Positions 1 to 9,376 of a stretch of DNA of 64,000 nucleotides are shown piece by piece. Source of the stretch: an uncultured Chloroflexia bacterium (lineage in GTDB: Bacteria; Chloroflexota; Limnocylindria; Limnocylindrales; CSP1-4); contig CAVQJC010000020.1 in assembly GCA_963712745.1 (NCBI GenBank), forward strand, positions 128,001-192,000. Direction: 5' to 3'. A program made the translations under genes and the position numbers. A model generated the notes under the pieces. That model was not told the DNA's origin, did no database searches, and worked only from the letters and a program-made list of their open reading frames with translations. The stretch's first letter is position 1, and each line of letters opens with the position of its first letter.

Positions 1-584
1 TCCGGCTGACCGTCACCGGCGGTCGTCCCGGCGCAGGACCCGTGTCGATGGTCGTGGTCCTGCCCGTCGCGCTGGACCTCGAGGACGTGCGCGCCGCAGG
101 TATCGCCGCAGTCTCGCTGCAGCTGGGGACCGATCCGCGGCTGCGCAGGGACGCGCCCTGGCTGCTCGACGGAGTGAAGTCGACCTCGTACGCGGTGAAC
201 ATGGCCGCTTTCGACGAGGCTCGCCGTCGGGGTGCGCAGGACGCTGTCTTCATCGCCGCTGATGGCTCCGTGCTCGAGGGGCCGGTCACCAACGTGTGGT
301 GGCGGCGCGGGAGCTCGCTCTTCACCCCCGCGATCGACCTCGGCATCCTGGCCGGCGTGACCCGGGCCTATGTCATCCGCATCGCCGACGAGCTCGGCTA
401 TGGCGTGTCCGAAGGCTGGTTCCCACTGGCCGAGATGGCCGCCGCCGACGAGGCCTTCAGCTCGTCATCGGTGCGCGAGATCATGCCTATCGTGCGGCTG
501 GACGGCGAGCCCGTCGGCGACGGCAGGCCGGGCGAGGCTGCGCGGGCACTGCAGCAGGGTCTGCGGCGGGCTGCCCACGCGTAG
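1..584 (+). CDS. Aminotransferase class IV (branched-chain aminotransferase / aminodeoxychorismate lyase family), 5' end outside window
   Basis: Motifs VKSTSY (PLP Lys), LEGPVTNVW, GILAGVTR; frame open from the window start. Confidence 0.85.
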   Translation, partial: RLTVTGGRPGAGPVSMVVVLPVALDLEDVRAAGIAAVSLQLGTDPRLRRDAPWLLDGVKSTSYAVNMAAFDEARRRGAQDAVFIAADGSVLEGPVTNVWWRRGSSLFTPAIDLGILAGVTRAYVIRIADELGYGVSEGWFPLAEMAAADEAFSSSSVREIMPIVRLDGEPVGDGRPGEAARALQQGLRRAAHA

Positions 585-589
585 CGGGG

Positions 590-862
590 AATCACAAGAC
601 CCACACTCCGTGCGTGGGTCCTAGGTCATCCGGTTCGCGCATCACAGGGCCCGCGCAGTCGCACACGACCCCAGTCGCGCGGATCAGCCGGCGCGAGTAT
701 CAGATGAGATGTTGCCCGCTCGGGGCCTGGTCAGAAGGTTGCTCATCCCGCGCGATCCATCCGCTGTCTGCGGCAGCGCCCACGACCTCTCCGAGGCCTT
801 GGGGCTCCGATTATTCCGGACCTGCCGGTTGCGGAGATCGACCATTCGATCCGAGTACCTCC
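590..862 (-). ncRNA. Candidate standalone structured RNA (~270 nt), family unknown
   Basis: Lies between convergent genes; minus-strand TTCCCT-N17-TACAGT promoter, nested long-range helices and a 3' terminal hairpin. Confidence 0.55.
596..622 (-). terminator. Stem-loop at the 3' end of the candidate RNA (possibly bidirectional terminator)
   Basis: AAGACCCAC...GTGGGTCCT inverted repeat; only a short U-rich tail. Confidence 0.5.
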
Positions 863-868
863 AGCCCG

Positions 869-897
869 ACTGTACTCCTTGGCGGCGGCGGAGGGAA
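869..897 (-). promoter_or_regulatory. Sigma70-like promoter for the candidate RNA
   Basis: -35 TTCCCT (897-892), 17-nt spacer, -10 TACAGT (874-869). Confidence 0.45.
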
Positions 898-919
898 GCC
901 CCTTTGGTGAGACGCGGTC

Positions 920-1531
920 TCAGGCCCTCGGCGGCTCCTCGGTGTCGCCCGGCTGGAAGCTGCCGCCCTCGGCCTTGAGCTTGGCCTTGTAGGCCCGCTT
1001 CTTGTCCTGATAGGCCGCGAGCGCCTCTGCCGAGTCGACATCGGCCAGCGTGGGGTAGCCCGGCATGACCTCGGCAAGTCCGTCGAGCTGCAATCCGAAC
1101 CGTCGGCCCAGGATGGCCAACAGCGCCTTGGCCTTCATCTCGCCGATACCGGGCAGGGCCAGCAGGCGCCGCTCGAGGTCCGGCCCGTCGACCGCCTCGG
1201 TCCAGATGCGGGCGGCATCGCCTGCATAGGTCTCGGCGATCGCCGCGCAGAACGCCTGGGTCCGCTTGGCCATATTGCCCGGAAAGCGATGCAGGGCTGG
1301 CCGCTCGCGAAAGGCCGCTTCGAGGTCGCCCGGGTCCATGGCCGCGATGTCGCCGGCGGTCAGCGTGCCGATCCGTCGGCGCAGCTCGAGCGGACCGGCA
1401 AAGGCCTTCTGGACACTCACCTGCTGGTCGAGCACGAAGCCGATGAGCAAGGCCATCGGGTCGCTGGCGAGGAGGGCATCGGCCTCGGGGTCGCCGGTGA
1501 AGGGCAGCATGTCGGGTGGCATGGCATTCAT
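920..1531 (-). CDS. HhH-GPD superfamily base-excision repair-like protein
   Basis: LLIGFVLDQQ, HRFPGNMA, HhH motif ALPGIGEMKA; ATG 6 nt after TACCCT (-10). Confidence 0.85.
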   Translation of the reverse strand: MNAMPPDMLPFTGDPEADALLASDPMALLIGFVLDQQVSVQKAFAGPLELRRRIGTLTAGDIAAMDPGDLEAAFRERPALHRFPGNMAKRTQAFCAAIAETYAGDAARIWTEAVDGPDLERRLLALPGIGEMKAKALLAILGRRFGLQLDGLAEVMPGYPTLADVDSAEALAAYQDKKRAYKAKLKAEGGSFQPGDTEEPPRA

Positions 1532-1770
1532 GGCGGCAGGGTACCCTGACCATCGTTCGAGGGCACATTCGAACAGATGCGCTACACTGCCTGTACATCC
1601 CGAAAGCCGCGCGCGGTCGAGCACCGGAGAACCCGGCCTGCTCCCGCTGACGCGAGCCGACCAACGATCATCCGCTCCCCGCGACGGGATGCGTCGAGCG
1701 GAACACACCACTCAGGCCTGGCCCGAGCGCACCTGCGAGGTCGCGCCGCCGGCCGAAAGGGATACCCACC

Positions 1771-1995
1771 ATGCTTTCACGAGCACCTCACACATCACTC
1801 CACATCAGTCGGCGGAGCCACGCTCAGCGGCGCCTCCGCCGGGCCGCGACCCATCGCCTCTTCTGCAGCACCAACGGCTGCACCACGTTCATGGTCACTG
1901 CCGACGATGGACGCAGCGCCACCTGCCCGGTCTGCGGCCTCGAGCGCAAGCTGCGCCCGCAGGGGGAAGGTGCGGTCGCCGCACGCGCCCACTGA
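1771..1995 (+). CDS. Small Zn-ribbon protein (74 aa)
   Basis: C-x4-C ... CPVC; AAGGGA RBS-like sequence before the ATG. Confidence 0.55.
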   Translation: MLSRAPHTSLHISRRSHAQRRLRRAATHRLFCSTNGCTTFMVTADDGRSATCPVCGLERKLRPQGEGAVAARAH

Positions 1996-2048
1996 CCCCA
2001 GGCCGCCGGTATGTGACAGGCCCGGGCCCAGCGTGCGAGCATCCGCGC

Positions 2049-2546
2049 GTGGAACGCTCGCGTGAACCGACCAGGGAGTCGCTCGTCCGGAGGGACGCCG
2101 AGGGTGCGATGCGAACAGCTCCGTCCTGGGAGACGTTGACCGAGCGCCTCATCCGCGAGGCCCAGGCTGACGGGCACTTCGACGACCTGCCTGGCCACGG
2201 CCGACCGCTCAAGCTCGACGACGTCCACTTCGCGGGGGAAATGGCCCTGGCGCACCATTTGCTGCACAACGCCGGTGTCGCACCCCCTTGGATCGAGACG
2301 GACAAGGAAGCCAGGGGCGCACTCGCCGCCATCGAAGCGTTGTTGGTGCGCGCACGGGGATCTGGGCCAGCCTCGGCCGCTCGCCTCGGCGCGGAGCTGG
2401 AGGCGTTCGCCGACGCTCACGACGAGGCCGCCGACCGCCTGGAGCGACTGGCTCCGACCATCCGGCAGCACCGCACCCAGCTCGATCGCCCTCGCCTGCG
2501 GCGCCGGCTCGAGATGGCCCTGGCCACTGAGCGCGGCCCGTCTTGA
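2049..2546 (+). CDS. DUF1992 / DnaJ-C28-like domain protein
   Basis: ERLIREAQADGHFDDLPGHGRPL ... NAGVAPPWIE signature; start uncertain (2049 or 2109). Confidence 0.8.
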   Translation: MERSREPTRESLVRRDAEGAMRTAPSWETLTERLIREAQADGHFDDLPGHGRPLKLDDVHFAGEMALAHHLLHNAGVAPPWIETDKEARGALAAIEALLVRARGSGPASAARLGAELEAFADAHDEAADRLERLAPTIRQHRTQLDRPRLRRRLEMALATERGPS

Positions 2547-2926
2547 CCGAGAACGTGAGGCGGCCGGAGTCGCAGATGGAAGACGACCTCGTCGCCTGGG
2601 GCAAGGTCATCCGACTCGAGACTATCGGCCGTCGCACTGGGTCGACTCGCTCGGTCACGGTCGGATTCGTCCAGGAGCCGGCTGGTTCGCTCCTGCTGGC
2701 CGCCGGTTCGAAGGACGCGAGCTGGTCGGCCAACCTGCGCGCCGAGCCCCGCTGCCAGGCCACCCTCGCAGGACGGCGCCGGTCCTACGTGGCCGTCCCG
2801 CTCTCCGGAGCCGAGCGCCAGGCGGCGGTGGCAGCCCTCATCCTGAAGTACGGCACGCCGGCCGAGCGCCTGGGGAACGGCCCGGTGTTTCGCCTGCAAA
2901 CTTCGGACATCGACACCGACAGCTGA
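2543..2926 (+). CDS. Deazaflavin (F420)-dependent nitroreductase family protein
   Basis: LETIGRRTG..R, WSANLRAEP and PVFRL motifs. Confidence 0.75.
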   Translation: MTENVRRPESQMEDDLVAWGKVIRLETIGRRTGSTRSVTVGFVQEPAGSLLLAAGSKDASWSANLRAEPRCQATLAGRRRSYVAVPLSGAERQAAVAALILKYGTPAERLGNGPVFRLQTSDIDTDS

Positions 2927-3113
2927 TCGGCCACGTGGCTAAGTACCGATCGCGGTCGCAACGTCTACACTGGCACCATCGCAAGAACGCGCTCTCGTTG
3001 ATTCCTGTCGCGGCACCTCCGGGTCGGTGCCCTGCGCGATACGCGCTGATACGAATGTGACCGCCCTGGACCTGGCCCTGAGGGTGGGCGGCACGACGAC
3101 AGCAAGGATCCGC

Positions 3114-4367
<1,254 letters not shown>

Positions 4368-4376
4368 GGTCCAACG

Positions 4377-6947
4377 CTAGCCGACGGCTAGCAGCTCCCC
4401 GCGGGCGAAGGCGCGGACGCGGATGTCGCGCGCCACGTCGTCGGCGACTTCGATGAGGTGGCGTCGGAGCAGGTCGCGGTCAGCGGCCAGCCCGGCGGCG
4501 AAGACGCGGATGCGCTCCAGCTCTGAGGGCTCCGCCCACAGATCCGGCACGAGCCAGCGCAGGTAGGCCTCCGCGTACGCATGGTCCCGGGTGGCATAGA
4601 CGTCCTCGACCGACTCGTAGAACCGTTCGCGGTACGGCAGCAGCAGCTCCCGCTGGTGGTGCCACTGGAAGCCGCTGATGGCTGCTCGCGTGAGGTAGTC
4701 GGAACCGTATCCCGCGCCGTTGATCCGCTCCCAGGCGTCGAGCTTGACACCAGCCTCGGGACGGCTGACCTGGGCCCGGATAGCCGCGCGCTGCCCGCGG
4801 TCGGAGCGGTCGCGGCCTCGCTCTGCGACGATCCGTTCGGCGGCGCCATCGAGGGCGAACGCCATCGCCTTTGTGGCCAGCGTCCAGCGGAGCTGCTGAT
4901 CAGCTGCGAACCCCTCGACCGACCAACGTCCGTCGACCAGGCCCAACAGCTCGGTGATATCGTCGGGTGCCGTCGCGAGCGCAGCGGCAGTGCGAGCCCA
5001 CACCAGGCGCAGATCGGGGTCGTCCGCCGCGCGCAAGGCGCCCATCGCCGCCCGCGTCAGGGACGCCGCGCTGGACTCGCGCAGCTCCTCGGGCACGTAG
5101 CGTCGCTGGGCCACCCTGGCGCGGTCGACGATGGCCTCGACCAGGGCCCGGTCTGTCTCGCGTGGCGCGAACTGGCGCACCGCCTCGAGGTACTCGGTCG
5201 AGCGCAGCCCCTCGGCCCGCACCATCTCCCATAGCGTCGACCACACCTGCTGGCGCAGCATGGCATCGGGCAAGTCCGGCAGGCGTTCGAGCGCGAAGTC
5301 CAACGAGCGCTCATCGAGCGCCACGAGCGCGTAGTCGTGGTCGCCGTGGTTGGGATAGACGAATGCGGGCGCGGAAAGGCCGCTCGCCTCAGGCACGGCC
5401 TGGCGCTCGCCTTCGATGCTCACGGGGATGGCTTCGATGGACAGGGCCCCATCCTCGTCTGCACTGACCAGCGCGATGACCGTGGCGTGCGGACGCAGCG
5501 TGGCGTTCGACTCCTCCGCGGACTGGACCACCTCCAGGGACTCGATGGCTCCGCCGTCGGCGAGCCATTCCACGCCGATGGTGTTCAGCGAGGGCGTCTG
5601 GAGCCACAGCCGGGCCCACTCGTCAAGCGGCTCTCCGGCGGCCTCACCGAGGGCACCGAGGAAGTCGGCCAGGGTGGCGTTGCCCCAGGCATGGCGGTCG
5701 ACGTAACGATGCAGGCCGCGGCGGAAGGCATCGTCACCCAGCCGGGCCACCAGCTGCTTGAGGACGGCCGCGCCTTTCTCGTAGGTGATGGCGTCGAAGT
5801 TGCCGATGGCCTGGTCGGTGTGCTCGACACGCGTGGCTACCGGATGGGTGGTGGCCAGCTGATCCTGTCGGTAGGCGGCCGGTCGCATCTGGCCGTTGAA
5901 GACCTGCCAGGCGTCCTCGAAACGCGTCGCTTCCGCCAGGCAGCGATAGGAGAGGTAGGTCGCGAAGGTCTCATTGAGCCACAGATCGTCCCACCAGCGC
6001 ATGGTCACGAGATCACCGAACCACATGTGTGCCAGCTCATGGAGGATGACCTCAGCGCGCATCAGGCGCTGGCTGTAGCTGGGCGGATCGCGGAACAGGA
6101 AGCTGTCGTGGAACGCGACCGCCCCCACGTTCTCCATGGCGCCCGCGTTGAACTCGGGCACGAAGAGCTGGTCGTACTTGCCGAAGGGAAACGGTCGTCC
6201 GAAGAGGTCGGCGAAGTAGTCCAGGCCCTGGGCGGTGACCTCGAAGATCTCGTCGGCGCTCCGTTCGAGCTCCGTCACCATGGAGGCTCGACCGTAGACG
6301 CCCAACGGGATGCCGTCATGCCCCGACTCGACACGCACGAAGGGGCCGGCGAGGAGCGCGAAGACGTACGTCGAGAAGCGCGAGGTGCGCGGGAATTCGT
6401 GCAGCCGGCGGCTGCCGGCCAGGGGGCTGATGTCGACCGCGGCATCCGAGCTGACCACCTGCCACTCGCGCGGAACAGTGACCATCGGGCGGTATGTGGC
6501 CTTGATATCCGGCTGGTCGAAGCTGGGGAAGAGCCGGTGCGCCGAGAACGGTTCGAGGTTGCTGTAGACGTAGCTCTCCCCGTCCTCGGGGTCGATGAAG
6601 TGGTGGAGTCCGTCGCCGGTGTCGTCGTAGTGGTTCTCGTACTCGATGATGACCCGGTTGTGGGTCCGCAGGCAGTCCGGCCGCAGCCACAGCCGGCTGT
6701 CGCGGTGGTCGGGCTCTTCCTCGGTGCCGTTCACGGTCAACCGCCGGACCAGGCCGCTGAAGTCCAGGAAGAGAGGCTGATCGCGTGATTCGAGGTGGAA
6801 GGTGATGATGACGTGGCCGGTGTAGGTCTCGCGGCCCTCGGTCAACTCGAGACTCAGCTCGTAGTCGACCGTATGGACGCGCACCGCTCGCTCGGCCGCC
6901 TCGTGGCGGAAGAGGACATCGCGTCCGTGGCCGCCATGCGCTGTCAT
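4377..6947 (-). CDS. pepN: Aminopeptidase N (M1 family)
   Basis: GAMEN, HELAH-x18-E, YEKGA; ERAP1-like C-terminal region. Confidence 0.93.
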   Translation of the reverse strand: MTAHGGHGRDVLFRHEAAERAVRVHTVDYELSLELTEGRETYTGHVIITFHLESRDQPLFLDFSGLVRRLTVNGTEEEPDHRDSRLWLRPDCLRTHNRVIIEYENHYDDTGDGLHHFIDPEDGESYVYSNLEPFSAHRLFPSFDQPDIKATYRPMVTVPREWQVVSSDAAVDISPLAGSRRLHEFPRTSRFSTYVFALLAGPFVRVESGHDGIPLGVYGRASMVTELERSADEIFEVTAQGLDYFADLFGRPFPFGKYDQLFVPEFNAGAMENVGAVAFHDSFLFRDPPSYSQRLMRAEVILHELAHMWFGDLVTMRWWDDLWLNETFATYLSYRCLAEATRFEDAWQVFNGQMRPAAYRQDQLATTHPVATRVEHTDQAIGNFDAITYEKGAAVLKQLVARLGDDAFRRGLHRYVDRHAWGNATLADFLGALGEAAGEPLDEWARLWLQTPSLNTIGVEWLADGGAIESLEVVQSAEESNATLRPHATVIALVSADEDGALSIEAIPVSIEGERQAVPEASGLSAPAFVYPNHGDHDYALVALDERSLDFALERLPDLPDAMLRQQVWSTLWEMVRAEGLRSTEYLEAVRQFAPRETDRALVEAIVDRARVAQRRYVPEELRESSAASLTRAAMGALRAADDPDLRLVWARTAAALATAPDDITELLGLVDGRWSVEGFAADQQLRWTLATKAMAFALDGAAERIVAERGRDRSDRGQRAAIRAQVSRPEAGVKLDAWERINGAGYGSDYLTRAAISGFQWHHQRELLLPYRERFYESVEDVYATRDHAYAEAYLRWLVPDLWAEPSELERIRVFAAGLAADRDLLRRHLIEVADDVARDIRVRAFARGELLAVG

Positions 6948-7113
6948 CGTGGGCAGACGTTCCTCGTGGCGACGGAGACTCTAGGAAGTCTAGCGTGCAG
7001 CCCCTTATCTGCCACTTATCTGGGGAGGGTGGGCCATTCCGTCAGGACAGCCAAGCCCAAGACCAAGCCCAAGCCCCGAGAGGCTCGATGCCTCTTTGTG
7101 TCACTCTCTAGGT

Positions 7114-8325
7114 ATGTCCTCTGTACCCCCCTCCACTTCCGCGGCTGACCTGCTGCGATCCATCGGCCTGGAAGTCGACGGGCCCGCACGCTGGGGCTCC
7201 AAGCCGACCAGCCGCTCTCCAGGGATCTTCGTGGTGGAGACCCCTGCCGCTTCCGATTCCGCACCCATCGACATCGACGAGGTCCGACGCTGGCTCGAGC
7301 GGGTGCCCGACCTGCGCCTGGACGGCGAACGGCCCACGCAGACGACGTTGGCCGAGCGATTGCGTTCGTTCTGGGTCCCCGGTCAGTCGCTGCTCTACGT
7401 CGGACGGACGTCCAAGAGTCTGAGTGCGCGAGTGGCCTCGCTCTACGCCACCGAACTCGGCCATGCGCGACCGCATCCGGGCGGCTACTGGCTCAAGACC
7501 CTGCGGGATCAGAGCCGGTTGAGACTGTGGTGGGCGGAGACCGATGCTCCCGAGGAGTACGAGGACGAGCTCATCGAGATCTTCGCCAGCGCCATCCCCG
7601 AGGACATCCGGCGGCAGCTGCCGGAAGGCGCGCCCCTGCTCCCGTGGGCGAACCTAGACTCACCCACCGGTCCTACCCGGGAGACCGGTGTCCAGTCTGC
7701 GCTCCTGTCGGTCGAGGTGACTCCGACCAAGACGTCGAACGTCAAGCGGTCCGACCGATCGGGTCGCAAGCGCAGTGCCCCCGCGGCTTCGGGCGCCGCC
7801 CGAAGCCCCCGCCGCACTGCGGCCAAGGCCGCCTCTGGCAACGGCGCCGCGGCTGCCTCGCCGCCCAGGGAAGCTCCCACCCACGTGACGGCCCAGGGCC
7901 TGGTGGCCATGCAGGCAGAACTCGGACGGCTCAAGACCGAGGAGCGGCCGCAGGTGGTCGACCGCGTCAAGAACGCGCGTGAGCTGGGTGACCTGCGCGA
8001 GAACGCCGATTACGAGGCCGCGCGCAACGAGCAGTCATTCCTCGAGGGCCGCATCCTCGAGCTGGAGCGCCGGGTGCGGACCGCCGAGGTCATCGAAGCC
8101 GGAACCAGCGGCTCCATCTCGATGGGCTCGACCGTGGTCTACGAGGTCGACGGCGAGCAGGACGAGCTGACGATCGTGGGCTCCACTGAGTCGGACCCGG
8201 CCAACGGCAAGATCAGCGCCGCCTCGCCGGTGGGCAAGGCACTGCTGGGGCATCGCGGCGGGGATGACGTGGTCGTGACCACGCCGGCGGCGTCGATCCG
8301 CTACCGCATCGTAGAGGTCAAGTAG
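7114..8325 (+). CDS. greA: Transcription elongation factor GreA with an N-terminal GIY-YIG-like domain
   Basis: C-terminal GDLRENADY and ISAASPVGKALLG; N-terminal PGIF...LYVG...R...E...PWAN pattern. Confidence 0.8.
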   Translation: MSSVPPSTSAADLLRSIGLEVDGPARWGSKPTSRSPGIFVVETPAASDSAPIDIDEVRRWLERVPDLRLDGERPTQTTLAERLRSFWVPGQSLLYVGRTSKSLSARVASLYATELGHARPHPGGYWLKTLRDQSRLRLWWAETDAPEEYEDELIEIFASAIPEDIRRQLPEGAPLLPWANLDSPTGPTRETGVQSALLSVEVTPTKTSNVKRSDRSGRKRSAPAASGAARSPRRTAAKAASGNGAAAASPPREAPTHVTAQGLVAMQAELGRLKTEERPQVVDRVKNARELGDLRENADYEAARNEQSFLEGRILELERRVRTAEVIEAGTSGSISMGSTVVYEVDGEQDELTIVGSTESDPANGKISAASPVGKALLGHRGGDDVVVTTPAASIRYRIVEVK

Positions 8326-8374
8326 TCCCGGTCCGTACCGGGACTTCGGCGCTGGCTGTTCGTCAGTCCGATGG

Positions 8375-9199
8375 CTAGCGGGGTCGCGGTCGCGCGAGCT
8401 TGCGGTCACGGCGTGCACCCGCTTCGCCCGTGTCGCCGACATCGCGCCAGCGCTTGGGTGACTTCGGCGCGTGGGCCGGCACGGTCCGGACCTGCCTGAG
8501 CCAGCCGGCACGGCCGTCGGCTGTGACCACCCCGAGCCAGCGCTCCCCGCGTGTGGTGGTCTTGGCGGCTTGCACCCGCAGCACCTGACCGTCCCGAAGC
8601 TGTCCACGCTCGGGCCAGAGACGTCCGCCGACCGACAGCCTCAGCCGCTGCTCGCTGCCCGAGCGACGCCAGTCGCCCTTGCGCGCGCGAGAGCTGGTCC
8701 GCGCGGGCATCGGTGCGCCACCCTCGGGTGCCCGTCTGCGAAGGCGCATGATGTTGGTCACGTAGCCCCTGGCGTAGGCCGACCAGTACATCTCCGGGTC
8801 GGTCTTGCCGGTGAGCCACCAGTAGGCCACGCGCTTCCACGAACCGAGCCAGCCGAAGAGGTCGCGCAGCTTGCCGTAGGCCACTCGTTCCTGGTTGTAG
8901 GGCGTCTGGTCGGCCCGGCGGTCGCCGAGGTACTTCCCGGCCCACGAGGGCCAGTTGAAGGGCATGATCTGGTACTTGCCGAAAGCACCTGAGCTGCGGT
9001 TGCGCGCGTAGTAGTCCCAGCCCGACTCCTGGCCGGCCATGGCCCACATGAAACGGGTGATGTCGTCTCGGCCGGGGCTGCCGGCCATGGCGCTCCCACC
9101 CGCGGCCAGGCCCAGGCCACCAGCCACGATGACGGCCGCGAGGACGAGCACGGCAAGGCGGCCGAACCGCGGCAGGGACAGGCTTGCGGGCTGGGGCAT
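8375..9199 (-). CDS. Secreted lytic transglycosylase-like protein with a C-terminal SH3-like domain
   Basis: Signal peptide, QESG, SGAFGKYQIM; W.GV...GRAGW; GGAGGA RBS. Confidence 0.7.
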   Translation of the reverse strand: MPQPASLSLPRFGRLAVLVLAAVIVAGGLGLAAGGSAMAGSPGRDDITRFMWAMAGQESGWDYYARNRSSGAFGKYQIMPFNWPSWAGKYLGDRRADQTPYNQERVAYGKLRDLFGWLGSWKRVAYWWLTGKTDPEMYWSAYARGYVTNIMRLRRRAPEGGAPMPARTSSRARKGDWRRSGSEQRLRLSVGGRLWPERGQLRDGQVLRVQAAKTTTRGERWLGVVTADGRAGWLRQVRTVPAHAPKSPKRWRDVGDTGEAGARRDRKLARPRPR

Positions 9200-9376
9200 G
9201 GACGACGGTTCCTCCACCGGACACGGACGGTCGGACTGACGCACAGCCTCGCCATCGCCGGGGCCGTCGGCAAGGGGACGATGGTCGGGTTCGGGGGTGG
9301 TCCTGTGGGGCCTGGTGCGGGCAGGAGCGGTTGGCCAGCGCAGCGTCGACAGAGCGGGACTGGGCGCTGCCGCCGG

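Noticed and set aside
700-750. SRP RNA (CCAGGCCC...GCAAC on the minus strand; also CAGGTCCGGAA near 825-814)
   Set aside because: Lacks the GNRA tetraloop and AGCAG of the SRP helix-8 signature; kept only as an unknown RNA candidate.
7051-7076. CCAAG(C/A) hexamer repeats upstream of greA
   Set aside because: Four short imperfect units with no spacers; no function can be supported.
9200-9376. c-di-AMP (ydaO) riboswitch expected upstream of a cell-wall hydrolase
   Set aside because: No GCTGAATCC or GGGGTGAAT-type conserved segments; only one generic hairpin.
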